A DNA stretch of 64,000 nt. Source: Hypanus sabinus. Lineage: Eukaryota. Below the pieces are notes generated by a model. That model saw only the letters and a program-made list of their open reading frames with translations, had not been told where the DNA came from and did not search any database. Made by a program: the position numbers and the translations under genes. Below are positions 1 to 12,456 of this stretch, piece after piece. The DNA lies in NCBI RefSeq assembly GCF_030144855.1, contig NC_082722.1:26722001-26786000 (forward strand). The letters run 5' to 3'. Each line of letters opens with the position of its first letter. Within the stretch, counting starts at the first letter, position 1.

Positions 1-531
1 ATACCGAACTGTGACAAAACAGTAACCATAGGGCATGAATGAACAAAGAGCCAAAGTTAGTTCTATCAGTTGTGCCGTATCCACTGATGACAGTGTCTGT
101 GTGCATTTGGAGTTCTGTTGGGAGGTGTGACTGAGGAAACACCTGTAACATCTAAGGGCTTACCAGTTTGCGGCAATCAGATACATATAACACAAACATG
201 CGTTTGTATTTTGATTTAGCGAAATATTTTGTACTATACCTGTTGCTTCAAGGAGTTAGCTACTTGATTACTCGATTATTTGAAGTTCATTTCAAGTAAG
301 GAAAGAAACGCTCATTGTTCAGTGGGAGAACACGAGCTGTTTAAGTTGAACTACCTAATGAATCAAAAAGGGAAAGTTTGATACAATGTTGACATAAACC
401 TTGTGTAAAGCGGCAGAAGTGTAAAGTTAATAACTTATGAGTGCATCACTAATTTATTTTAAAATTTTTGATTCAACTTGTTCAACTCAATGAGTTCTCG
501 ATTAACCGCTGATTTTGAAATATTTTCACAG

Positions 532-651
532 ACTAAATGAAATGGAGCTGTCAAACCGACTTACGCTGCTCTGCAACTTCCCGATTCCAAGAACACCTCA
601 GCGTCCAATCATCTAAAGAAACATACATTGTACGCAGATGTAAATAGATGA
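532..651 (+). pseudogene. Receptor copy A: terminal cytoplasmic exon with ITIM-like and ITSM motifs, premature stop at codon 3
   Basis: Acceptor ttttcacag|ACT. Reads TK*NGAVKPTYAALQLPDSKNTSASNHLKKHTLYADVNR*. TGA at 538-540 is GGA in copies B and D. The flanking intron and 3' sequence align with 18.4-19.8 kb and, reversed, with 58.8-59.9 kb. Confidence 0.85.
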
Positions 652-1300
652 AAGAAACAGTGAAGCTGAGAATCCGACTGCAGTTTAGAGCTTTAGACTA
701 TCAATGAGTGCAGACCGAGGCATTGCTTCCTATAATTTCTTGCAATCAGACAAAGGTTGTTAATCGATATAACATATATAATTTCGGAAGATAAGGGATC
801 AATATCCTCTTCGAATTGTTCGAGGGGATTATCACTGGAAGAAATAAAAGTAAGTAATTCAGGAATAAGATTGGGAATAAACCATTCCTCCTCTCTCTAT
901 TGCCCAGTCATAATCTCCATTGTACAGTCCCCGATCATTTCAGGAAAGAAAACTACGTTGCCTAAGGTACCGCCACACCCCCAAGATATTGCGTCCAGAG
1001 TCCAAAGAAGATGAAAAAAAATCAAGAGATTTTCACTAGCGAGTGAAACTTTGCTGCAGTGTAATAAAAACGCCAACTGAACAGTTATTCTTTGCTCACT
1101 TATGTCAACGTTCAACAGAGGGAAATGTAGATTTGAAGATGTGAAAAACATCGTAACAGGTTCTCGCCATAACACCTCTGTGTTTGAATATTGATCAGTA
1201 AAAACGTATGCTAAAAAAATTCAGTACTCTTCTTTTTCTTATACATTCACGGCTTGTTACTCAAAATTAGCTGTATAATACAACTGCACTATCACATGGT

Positions 1301-2424
1301 TGTCATGGTCCGGTCTGTGAAATCAGCTTTCTGGTTGACAGTCCAGTCGATGATCCTTATTCCCTGCTTTCCGGGTTTCCCCAGTTTCGGTTGAGGCAGT
1401 TGATTCTTGTTTGGGCTGGCTTCATAAATAGCGTCAGGGTTTACCATCGGGCTGCTGGATTGTTCCTGTCCTAACCCCTTGTCTGTATCCCTTCCCTTCA
1501 CCTACCTCCTGGAGACTAGCCTAGCCTTGCTTTGCCTTGCCTCGACTCACCTCTGCCCGGATCCTTGCCTCGACTTGCCTCTGCCTGGAGCCTTGCCTCT
1601 GCCCGGAAACTTGCATCGCCTTGCCTGTGTCTGGAGCCTCGCTCAGTTTGGAACAGTCTGTCTGTGTTCACGACTTTGCTCGGCAGGTCAGGCCGTTTTG
1701 CCGCTACCTAGCGTTGGGAACTGGCTCGTCGTGTTCAGCGTTCTGTGTTATGAGTCCTGGCGCTACGTCTTGTACCCAAGGAGGGGTCCCGGCTTTGTGT
1801 TTTGCGTTTCTGTTCTCCCTCGACCCAGGCTCAGTGTCCTTCGTTCCTGTCCAAGCTACGGCTTTGTGCTCTCGTCTTGTCATGTGCCTCGCCCAGCCCA
1901 AGATATCCTTGCCTAGCCCGGTGCTGTGGTTCACTCGACCTGCCTTGGGGTTCCCTTAATCTGTCCAGGAGCCTCACGTCCATACCTGTTGCCTCTGCTC
2001 ACCCTGTAGCCATGTCTCGCTCAGCCCAGGAGTACCTTGCCCAGACCAAGCTGGGGTTCCCTCAACCTGTGCTGGGGTTCGCTTGTCCTGTCCATGAGTC
2101 TCACGTCCAGTCCTGTAACCTCGTCATGTCGTCGCCTAGTTCTGAGTCCGAGCCCGAGTCAAAACCCAAGTGTTGGGTCCTTATCCAGTCTCGCGCTCCG
2201 TATCCAAGCCCAGGCTCCTAGTTCACAGCTCCATGTCTTGGTTCCGCTATCCTCGTCAAGTCCCAGCTAAAGCCCGGAATCCTTGTTTCGTCCAGGGCCT
2301 GAGACATGTCCTGCGTCTTTTCTTCCCTTCTTTCCTTGCTCCCTTCTCACACCTAATCCTGTTCCTGGTAGTTCAGTGTCTGTGTCTTGCATTTGGGTCC
2401 GCTTTCAATGCCCTCTTTATGATA
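1301..2424 (+). mobile_element. Solo LTR (~1.1 kb, Ty3/Gypsy-like) with internal tandem repeats
   Basis: Begins TGTCAT, ends ATGATA (degenerate ATGACA). Flanked by 5-bp direct repeat ATGGT (1296-1300, 2425-2429). The paralogous empty site has a single ATGGT at 19806-19810. Confidence 0.85.
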
Positions 2425-3586
2425 ATGGTAGTAACAGAAATCCCAGGGCACCAAAAAGGCAAGAGAAATGCATCACACCCGGTGTACCTGTCCCAGCCAA
2501 CATTGAAACAGAGGTTGATACGCACATGGTGAAAATAACTGAAATCAGGTTTAGCCTAATCATAACATTTGACTGAAATACGTCGACGTTGGAAAGTAGA
2601 TTTATATATCAATCACGTGTCTAGATGTGTACTCTTGAAGAAAATTGTGTTTCTCACAGAGCTCCTCAGCGATTAATAACTTCCTAATTGCCCAAAAAAG
2701 CAAAACAAATCTGAAACATGCCAAGTTTTTATTTGGTCAAATGTCCGGAAATTGACGCATTAATTCCTGGTAAGATAGATGTATGTGTAACACAACAGGG
2801 TGAGCATCCTGTTATAATATTACATTATTGTTGCTCATCAGGTGGATAAGGTGCTGGACTGAGGAAGGCGGAGAACAGGTACAGAGATCTCCGGCAGAGA
2901 AATAAATCCTCTTTCTGATAATGATAGAAACGTACACGCTTGGAAACAAGTGTTGACCGCTCAGCCCTCTTCCGCTGGATATGCTGTCTGGGATAGATGT
3001 CCTTTTGAGAATCATTCATTCACTTCCTTCTCTAGGTCACTTCACATCTCAAATCTTACCAATTCTTCCACTTTTAAACATTGTTACCATATTTATTTTC
3101 AAGTAAAAATGCACAACTATATCGTGTTCGTAGTTGACAAGATCTTTGTACGCTGATCGTTCTTACTCATTTCTTTATCTACTCATAAAAAAAACACACA
3201 AATAGTCGTTAGTTATTTCTCTGAAAGGCAAAGTCACAATAGTAGACCAATTTCTCAAGGAATTGCGAAGCGCTGGTAATATTTTCCAACGTGCTTTTCA
3301 GGGCGTATTTAGTTTCAGCGCAACTCAACGTCGTTTCGAACGAATCAATGTTTGCTCGCACTGGAGAATGCCCTGCGTAAAAAAAAAAGCACTCTCTAAT
3401 ACTGATGCAATAGCACGTCTGTACTATATTGATGTGACAAAAATATTGCAGTACAGTCTAAAGAAGGTGGAAAATAAATGCAATAATAATAAAAATGATA
3501 ACGGTTTCAGAGATTTTAATTATCTGTAAAATTGTAAATTCCTCCGAATCATCCCAATCAAATCCATTCTGTCATCTGCATTCTGT

Positions 3587-3602
3587 CCTGCAGATGGCGG
3601 CA
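3587..3602 (+). promoter_or_regulatory. Candidate CTCF/YY1-like motif
   Basis: CCTGCAGATGGCGGCA resembles the CTCF core and contains the YY1-like GATGGCGGC; TGACGTAA (CRE-like) lies about 20 bp downstream. Motif match only. Confidence 0.25.
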
Positions 3603-3974
3603 TCACTAATTGCTACGCTGTTATGACGTAAAACCTCCACACCGTCCCCCTCCCAATTCTATCGCTTTGAGTTGTTACACTATTTTAGAAACACTCCTCT
3701 ACTAATAAAAAATCCAATAAATGTTATGTTATGTGATTATCGTTAAACGATATCTTACTTACTAAACGGCAGACGTAATGTTGAACCTTGGCTTCTCACG
3801 TTGATTCACTTCAGTATTAGAGGACAAAATTTCAGTTAAAATTTCTTCGGCGAATCACTTGCATTCCACGCAAGATGGGCTTCACTAAACATCTTAAACC
3901 AATGTCGCATTGCCCTGCCGACTGAGCAGCATTAATCCCATGGTGACACGAGTGAATCTGCAGATGCTCGGAAT

Positions 3975-4830
3975 AAATAAAAACACAAAATGCTGGCAGA
4001 ACTCAGCAGGCCAGACAGCATCTATGGGAGGAGGTAGTGACAACGTTTTGGGCCGAAACACTTCAACAGGAGTGAAGTAACATGGGATGGTCGAAGGGGG
4101 ATAAGAGGTGGGGGGAGGGATGAAGTAGAGAGCTGGGAAGTGATAGGCTGGAGGGAAATGGGATAGGGGGAAGGTGGAGAATTATGGGAAATAAAAGTTC
4201 AGAAAAGTAGGGCTGGGGTGAGATTATATTGAGGGGGTGAAAGAGAACCAGACTAAAATTATAGATCGGGATGAGGTAAGGGGGGGGGGGGCAGGGTTAT
4301 CAACGGAGGTCAGTGAGTTGAATGTTCAAGCCGGCAGGTAGGAGGCTACATAGGCGGGAGATAATGTATTGCTCCATCAACCTGCGTGTGGCCTCATCTT
4401 GACGGTAGAGGAGACCATGGATAGACATATCGGAGCGGGAGTGGTCTGTGGAATTGAAGTGTGTGGCCACAGGGAGATCCTGCCACTGTTGGAGTACTGA
4501 GAGTCGGTGTTCGGCGAAACGGTCTCCCACTCTGCGGCGGGTCTCCCCAATGTACAAATGTCCACATCGGGAGCACCGGATACAGTATATCTCCCCAGTT
4601 GACTCGCAGGTGAAGTGGCACCTCACCTGAAAGGACTGTCTGGGGCCTAGGATGTTGGTGAGGGAAGAAGTGTGGGGCAGGTGTAGCACTTCTTCCGTTT
4701 GCAGCGTTAAGTGCCTGGAGGTCGGTCGGTGGGAAGGGATAGGGGGGATGACTGGACAAGGGAGTCGCGTAGGAAAGCCGAGAGTGGGGGGCTGGGTAGA
4801 TGTGTCTGGTGGTGGGATCGCCCAGAAAGT
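3975..4830 (-). mobile_element. Penelope-like retroelement 3' fragment (GIY-YIG endonuclease plus pseudo-LTR tail)
   Basis: ORF 4300-4689 reads FTCESTGEIYCIRCSRCGHLYIGETRRRVGDRFAEH...PVATHFN, typical of the Penelope GIY-YIG domain. The tail repeat (aaatgctggcagaactcagcaggccagacagcatc) recurs across the window. Confidence 0.85.
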
Positions 4831-5719
4831 CCCGTAATCCTGTTGTATCGTTTTCTTTGATGATAACGTTTTCTTCCATTAACTGTCCAATATAAATCCC
4901 TTAATCCACCTTCATAAAACATGTGTGAGTCGCCCCTTATTATATATTTTTACAAAATTTCGCAATTAGCAAATTGGATCAAACTTTTCTCGCTCCGCTT
5001 GCAAACACTCCACCACTCCGTCCCATCTATCACCGGTCGCACACCTCCTTTTCACATTTATATATTGCGCATCTTCCTTGCACTCTAAATCCCGAGTCTC
5101 CAGCTCAAAGCATCAAACGCCCACATACCTCCATCCGCACTGCCTGGCCCACCGAATTCGTCGTGTAGTTTCTTTTTGCTTCAATTATTATTTCTCATGT
5201 GCTAGGATGCTTATAAATATTCCGAGGAACGGCGGAGTTGAACAGTAATTCCATGTAAACACAGCATTTTTTACTCTAAAGCTTTACGTGTATATATTGT
5301 AATAATATGTTAAGATCGTGTTATTTTAAAATAATATTGCTCATTTTGCATAAAAACGAGAATTTCAGTTAATTACCCAAGTTACTCATTAATCTACGCG
5401 ACCTCCGTTTTGATGTCTCTTGTTTCCTTCCATTTTTTCGATTGTGCATACTCACCAGGATATCCATCGAGTTTTCATTTCAGGCTTTTCTAAATTTGGT
5501 TAATGGTCTTGCCGTTCATGTTTTTTGCCAGTAGCACAGTATTGTGGCTCTGCAAGTCATGTATGCTTGTGTACTGCTGAAAGTGAGTCTTTCATTGCGT
5601 GTTTCTCATTAAAAACACGAATTAAGCAATATTATTTTTCTGGTAGAATGTGTGTTTGCAGTTTATATTTGGGTGACAGTCAGGAAGGGGAAGGATGTAA
5701 ACAGCTAGCATAGAGTACC

Positions 5720-5930
5720 AGTGGCTATTCCCCTCACTCTGGATAGAAGGGAAAGTCACAGCGGTCAGGTCTTTGGCACCGAGCCTGACTCTGCGACTTA
5801 AAAAAGGAAGCTGGCTGGGGAGGAGCTGGGAGTGGAGGCGAGCTGTGGTTAGGGAACAGGAAGGAATTTCTCTGGACGAGAACGACATTTTTCGATGATG
5901 TTGCCTCCTAGGTGCTGGGGTCCAAGTGTT
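5720..5930 (+). mobile_element. Degraded CR1 ORF1 fragment
   Basis: Resembles the ORF1 segment preceding the esterase domain in the CR1 copies at 50.3 and 56.1 kb. Confidence 0.5.
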
Positions 5931-6189
5931 CGAAAGCTGAAATTAAGCAAAAAACATGAGGAAGACTTGGCCAGACTGGAACTTTCTCCAAGGAGGGGAC
6001 AATACGGATTGCTATTCATGTCCGAGTGAAAAACTATCAAATTGAGGTGGTAAGACGATTTCACTCTCAGCTGATGGAGCCGAGCCTGTCACCCCTGCCC
6101 AATGGTATCAAACATCCGCATTAATTTTCCAGTCCAATACTGCTTCTTAGTATCTCAGCAAAAGAATAAAGAACATTCAGTAGAGATGC

Positions 6190-6620
6190 TTATACTATCT
6201 CGAGAGTCTGGATACACTTGGGTTGTTTTCATTGGGGCGTCGGAGGCTGAGGGCTGATCAGATATAGGTTTATAAGAATATCAGAGGCATAGATAGTGCA
6301 CAGAGAGTATTTGTTGCCCAAGTTTGAAAAGTGAAATAGAATTGAAGGTGAGAGGGGATGGGTTCACAGGAGATATGAAAGGAAAGCTTTCAAAGTCGGC
6401 GATGCCTGGAAATACCTCATTGGCAATGGTGGTGACGGCAAGTACAATAGGGGTTTTTAATAAATGCTTGGATAGGCACCTGGATATCAGGAAGATGAAG
6501 GGATATGGAAACAACTTAGGTGAGTGAGATTAGTGTTTGGGAGTGTTGGTTTGATTTTTAGCTGGGTTCGCACAGCATTGTGGGTTGGATGGTCTGTTCC
6601 TGTGCTGTTCGCTTATGGAA
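6190..6620 (+). mobile_element. CR1 LINE 3' end fragment
   Basis: Matches the ORF2 C-terminus and 3' UTR of the other CR1 copies (ggctgagggctgatcagatataggtttataagaat...). Confidence 0.7.
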
Positions 6621-6990
6621 AGACATTGTTGAAAAAATTTGGGATGCATGGTCCCTTCTGGCAATCCCCCACCTTGATATTTACGTCGGGAATTTGTCCT
6701 TAATCCCCTAGTTTAGTTTCCAATCACTCCCAAATTCCACTAACTACACACACCTGCTTTCCATCAGAAAATTCGGGATAAAGACACTGTGATCACAACA
6801 AGGAGCTGCCAGTTCGTTGGCCGACTCTGGTGTGAGTAACCTCGTTTCATGGATCATAGGACTGATAGTCTAGCATTGCTCGTGGATACCGACTCCACGC
6901 TCGCTACGTCAAGAACGCCCCCCCCCCGACTCTGTCTATGCGCCCCTGTTCTGCACTTGGTTTCGTCCACCACAGAACGAACTGGCCATA

Positions 6991-7737
6991 ATGAAGACAG
7001 CGGACACGGACCACGTACAGCAGGCTCTCGCAGTTCAGGGCTATCTACAGCGTGCCCACTACCAACTACTTAGGGATGTCACGGAAAACATTCGGACGCT
7101 GTGCACGAATGTACGGAAGGTCAGTGAGCAGGTGAACCGAGTTACCGCTTCCCCTCCAAGATTCCGGACTACCCAATCCGCACAGATCGTGATGGCGTCG
7201 CCCCTGGGATCAGCAACACAGTCCCATCGAGAGCCATACGTACCCGAGCCCGAACCCTGCGCTGGGGACCTGCGGAACTGCCGCGTGTTTCTGTTTCAAT
7301 CCTCTCTGGTCTTTGAGCTACAACCACGTTCCCACACTTCAGATAATTCGAAGATTGCGTATATCACGGGGCTCTTACGGCGCGATGCCTTGGCTTGAGC
7401 AACCGCGATATGGGATAACAGACCAGAGGTATGTTCCTCCTTCCCTTCCTTTGTTGCAGAAATGAGAAAAGTCTTCGAACAACGCATTCGCGGTAATGAC
7501 GCCGCTAAACGGTTACTGACTCTTTGTTCGCGAAGGGTAGCCAGGTATTACATCGAGTTCCGAACCTTATCCACAGACTCAGGGTGCAATAACGAGGCCC
7601 TACGGGAGGTGTTTGGACAGGACCTCGCAGATAAGAAAAAGGATGAACTGGCAGCGAGGGACGACACGGACTGTCTGGACTCTGTGAGCTCGCTAGCCAC
7701 TAGATTAGGTAATCGACCTAGAGCGGCTGAGAGATAG
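6991..7737 (+). pseudogene. gag: Gypsy gag (frameshifted/stopped)
   Basis: MKTADTDHVQQALAVQG...EPEPCAGDLRNCRVFLFQ...KIAYITGLL, then MRKVFEQRIRGNDAAKRLLTL...YYIEFRTL; Sushi/PEG10-like gag. Confidence 0.8.
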
Positions 7738-8049
7738 AACCAGTTGCCTCGCTCCTCCGGGAAGCCCACGGTCCACCTTATCAGTCCCAGCCAGCCTCCC
7801 TTCCCCAGTCGCTCTAAATGGAGCTCCTGCGCCGACCGTCCCCTCACCCCGGGAGAGGAACCGATGCTGCTGGGATGGAACCAATTCTCCCCGGCCGAAT
7901 GACTTCGGCGGTGAAAAGCTGGGGATCGTTCCTGTTGTGGCCAGCAAGGACATTTCCAGGATACCTGCCCTCAGCGGTCGAAAAGGTCGGCTCACCAGTG
8001 GAAAAGGAGTCTTTGTGAGCCGGACGAGACTCCCTTCAGCCCTCAGACT

Positions 8050-11000
8050 CGGATGCAGATCCCGGCTACTGTGAATTACCAACGACAGTCTCAGTTTGGT
8101 GGATTCCGGTGCCGAGAGCAATCTGCTGGAGGAAGACGTAGCCTTCCAGGCTGGAATACCTCCCAAGCCTCAAACTACCCCACTAGAGGCCCGGGCCCAG
8201 GCCGGAAATCTTCTGGCTCGGGTGACCCATTGGACGCCACCCCTGACCTTGATCTTTTCCGGCAAGCATCGGGAGGAGGTATGATTCAGTCTCATTTGCT
8301 CACCTCAAGCCCCGGTAGTTCTAAGGTATCCATGGCTGATCCAACACAATCCCCATATCGACTGGTCTACCGCGAGGATAGCCAAGTTGCGCCAGCCCGG
8401 CCACACCAACTGTCTGTGGTCAGCCCCATCTCCCAGGGAAGCTAGCGCGACTCCGCCTGTCCCGGAAAACCTCGATTTGTCCCGAGTCCCCGCGGACCAA
8501 TACCAGGGACTGGTATTTAGTCAACAACCGGACCTTTCCCTGCCACCGCACCGCCCATGTGATTGTTCCATCGATCTTCTCCCCGGGCCCTCATTACACA
8601 CCAGTCGCATTTTCAACCTATCCCGACCGGAGAGAGAGGGCATGGAGAAGTATATTAGCGAGTCCCTCGCGGCGGGCATTATCAGACCTTCACCTTCCCC
8701 GGTAGGCGCTGGTTTCTTCTTTGTTGAAAAGAAGGACAGGTTTCTTCGTCCTTGTGTTGATCACAGAGGCCTAAGCAGTATTTCAGTTAAAAATAATTAC
8801 CCTTTACCCTTCATTAGATCGGCTTTTGAACCACTGCATGGAGCCACCATTTTCTCAAAGCTGGACCTACATAAAGCCTACCATCTAGCCAGGGTGAGGG
8901 AGGGGGACGAGTGGAAGACCGCCTTTCATACACACCTGGGCCAATCCGAATATTTCGTCATGTCGTTTGGCCTCACCAGTGCTCCCGCCGTTTTTCAAGA
9001 TCTCATTAATGACATACTGACGGACTTTATTAATCGGGTCGCATTTTTTGCCTCGATGTTATCCTGATATTTTCTGGCACCACCCAAGAACACGTTCATC
9101 ATATCCGACAAGACCTCCAGAGGCTGTGGGAAAACCAAGTATATGTAAAGGCGGAGAAATGAGAGTTCCACGTTCCTCTGGTCAGCTTTCTGAGTTCTAT
9201 CATCGAGAGCGGGCACGTGACAGCAGACTCCGAGAAGAGCCGGGCAGTGAAATAATGGCCTATGGCCTGCAAAAATATCTGCAAAACCTGCAACGACCTG
9301 CAAAAATATATCAACGATTCCTGGGGTATGCAAACTTCTACCGCCGATTTATCAGAGACTACAGTCGAGTGGCGGCCGGCCTTACCGGGCATACCACGCT
9401 TACTACCCCCTTCTGTTGGGACTCCGAAACTGACACGGCCTTCACCGACCTTAAGCGGCGTTTCACCACCGCACCCATCTTGGTCCATCCGGACCCAGCC
9501 CGTCAAGTCATTGTCGAGGTGGATGCCTGTGACTCCGGGATAGGAGCTGTCCTGTCCCAACGATCAAGTTCGGAAAACAAACTTCACCCCTGCGCCTTCC
9601 ACTCTCGCCGACTTGTCCCCGCCGAGCGGAATTACAACATGGGGAGTCGGGAACTCCTGGTGGTCAAACTAGCATTGGGAGAAGGGAGGCACTAATGTAG
9701 GGGGTAGAACAACCGTTTGTGGTATGGACTGATCATTAAAACCTGGGGTATATTCAGACCGCCAAACGCTTCAACTCCCGCCAGGCCCGTTAGGGGTTAT
9801 TTTTTGGACGGTTCAAGTTTTCCCTCACATCCCATCCAAGTCCAAGAACGGGAAGCCGGACGCGCTCTCGCGTGAATATGACTCCAAGGAGGACACCTAC
9901 AGCCAAGGGACTATTCTTGCACCATCCTGTGTGGTTGCCATCTTCACTTGTGAGATGGAGACTAGGGTAAAAGAAACCCAACGGGATGACCCTTGCCCCG
10001 GCAATGGAGCCGGCGATCACCTGCATGTGCCTGTTTCGATCAGGTCTGAGGATCTCCAATAGGGCACACGTCTCGGATCCCCTGCCACCCCGGGATTGAT
10101 CGGACACCAGCGCTCCTGAACAAACACTTTTAATGGTCATCCATGGCCGTCCCTTTCCTATGTCTCGGCATGTTCCATCTCTGCCCGGAAAAAACGTCTA
10201 ATCGGTCACCTGCGGGTTTACTTCGTCTTCTACCTGTCCCTTGTCGTCGCTGATCGCACATCACTCTGGACTTCGTCACCAGTCTACACCGTTCATTTAG
10301 GAATAGCACCGTACTCACCGTGGTAGACCGTTTCTCAAAGGTGGTGCACTTCGTAGCCCTCCCTGAACTCCCTTCCTCTCAAGATAATGCAGATCTACTC
10401 GCCCGCCACGTCTTCAGCCCCACGTAGACATCGTCTCCGATCGAGGTCCCCAGTTGGTCTCACAGGTATGGAAGGCCATCTGTCAAGCCTTCGGTGCATC
10501 GGTTAGCCTGTCATCCGGATTCCACCCCAGGATCATTGGGCAGAGGGAACGGGTCAACCAAGACCTGGAGGCAACTACATGTTGCGTCGCTGTAAATAAC
10601 CCGTCGAACTGGGGCGACAATCTCTCGTGGGTTGAGTACGCCCACAACTCTCATGTGAGCTCTGCCATTGGAAGGTCCCTGGTGTACCAACCCCCGCTGA
10701 TCCCCGCGCCGGAAAAGGAGAATGCCGTCCCGTCGGTTCAGAACAATATCTATCTGTGCCTTAAGGTTTGGGAGGAGACACGCCCGGCTCTACTCAGAAC
10801 AGCAAAACACAATACGAAGACAGCCGCCCGACACCGGACTCCGGCGCCTGAGTACCAAACGGTGCAGATGGTGTGGTTTTCATCCAAGGACATCCCGCTC
10901 AAGAACGGGCATAGGTAACTCGCCCCGCACGTCCTGGGACCATTCAAGGTCTAAAGTGTTATCAATCCCGCTGCAGTGCGCCTTAAACTGCCTGGATCCT

Positions 11001-11260
11001 TGCGAGTCCACGCGACTTTTCATGTTTCCCAGTTAAAGCCCCTTGAGTCCCTTGGCTGAGATTCCCCCACCTGCCCTTATCATCGATAGCCATCCTGCAT
11101 ATACCGTCCGGAGACTACTGGATGTGTGCAGTAGGGTCAGGGGTTCCCAATAACTGGGAGATATGGCACGGTACGGTCCAGAAGAGCGCTCCTGGGCCGC
11201 CCGCTCATCCTAGACGCTTCCCTCATCCAGGATTTTCATCGGGACCATCCAGACAGGCCT
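8050..11260 (+). pseudogene. pol: Gypsy pol (protease-RT-RNase H-integrase-chromodomain), disrupted
   Basis: Protease LVDSGAESN (~8095). RT ...[21 protein letters not shown]...[11 protein letters not shown]...EWKTAF...[13 protein letters not shown]. RNase [18 protein letters not shown]...ELLVVKLAL. Integrase remnants ...WVEYAHNSH. Chromodomain AYTVRRLLD...YGPEERSW (~11095-11200). Confidence 0.9.
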
Positions 11261-12456
11261 GGAGGAGCGCCTGTAGGTTCCCGTTGAGGGAAGGACTGTG
11301 TAGTGGTCTCTTTTGGGAATACCCCAACTTGCTATTTACTTCAGGAATTTGGCCTCAATTCCGTCGTTTAGTTTCCAATCATTCACAGGTTCCACCAATT
11401 ACACACACACCTGCTTTCCATCAGAAAGTGTGGGATAAATACCCTGTGATCACAACAAGGAGCTGCCAGTTCGTTGATCGACTCCGGTGTGAGTAATCAC
11501 GTTTCATGGTTCTCGGGGCTGCCAGTTCTAAGTCTGTCATCTTTCCTGGATACTGATTCCACGCTCGCTACGTCAATAACGCCTCCTGACTCTGCCTCCG
11601 CGCCAATTTTCTGCTCTTGGGTTCCTTCACCGCCACTCTCCTATACATGGGAATATGTTTTCAATGAAGGTAGAGACTTTTAAAGGCGGGACGTTTCAAT
11701 GGATTATCCCGTGGAGTGGACTGAAGTGTTTCACAAATTAGAAATCGATTTTCACAGTAAGTCCGTAGACCTAACGAGAGCTGTACTTAATAGTTGGAAA
11801 CATCTTGATTGTTTTTTGGCATTATCCGAAATATTAAAGCACCTGAATTCATAAACCGATAAATTGAATACTTAAAAACACAATTGTGCTCATACCTTCC
11901 AATGCTTTTCCACGCCAGTTAACAATAAACAAAATCTATGCCGGTGAAACTACAGAGATACAGGGAATATCTCCAAAGCATTTACGATCAATGATGCATG
12001 TGCAGTCTTATTCAATTGTCGTCTAAGAGCAACCACGACAATCTCACAAGTGCTCAAACGAGGCAGATTTTTCAGCCGGCATCTTTTTAAGTGCTCAGTA
12101 GTCGGTCCAAGTTACCGTTCCATTCCTACACGCCATGAGTATAGTCTAATGAAGAACAGACAGTGATTCAGGTGGAATAAATCACAGTACTGTCATCTTT
12201 GATACTTATGTATCGAGGAAAGGAACATTCTAATTTCGGGATCCCCCGGCTCGGCAGAAAGCTTATCTACTGCAGCCGGTGTATTCTGACGCAGTGACAT
12301 TTCCAGATTAGACAGCTTAAATGAACTGAAGGTTAAAGAAGAGTTGTCTCTCCTTTGAACTTTCTCTTACAATTCATATTGATCCGCAGCAGGTTAAGAT
12401 CGACAATGTTGGTGTCCGCTTCCGGCCGAACTCAACTTCCTCACCCCACCTCGATG

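Larger units (their letters stand above)
6644..11635 (+). mobile_element. Decayed full-length chromodomain-containing Ty3/Gypsy LTR retrotransposon (Sushi-like chromovirus)
   Basis: 5' LTR ~6644-6974 and 3' LTR ~11299-11635, with polypurine tract gagggaagg at ~11286-11294. Internal order is gag, protease, RT, RNase H, integrase, chromodomain. Many frameshifts and stops. Confidence 0.92.

Noticed and set aside
1510-1640. Repeat array as a possible CRISPR
   Set aside because: Degenerate contiguous repeats without unique spacers, inside an LTR in vertebrate-type DNA.
1479-2576. Overlapping 120-145 aa ORFs (also 25449-26412)
   Set aside because: They lie inside LTR tandem repeats; low-complexity open frames with no recognisable protein.
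2812-3019. Two overlapping minus-strand ORFs in unique sequence
   Set aside because: No recognisable domain, splice context or paralog.
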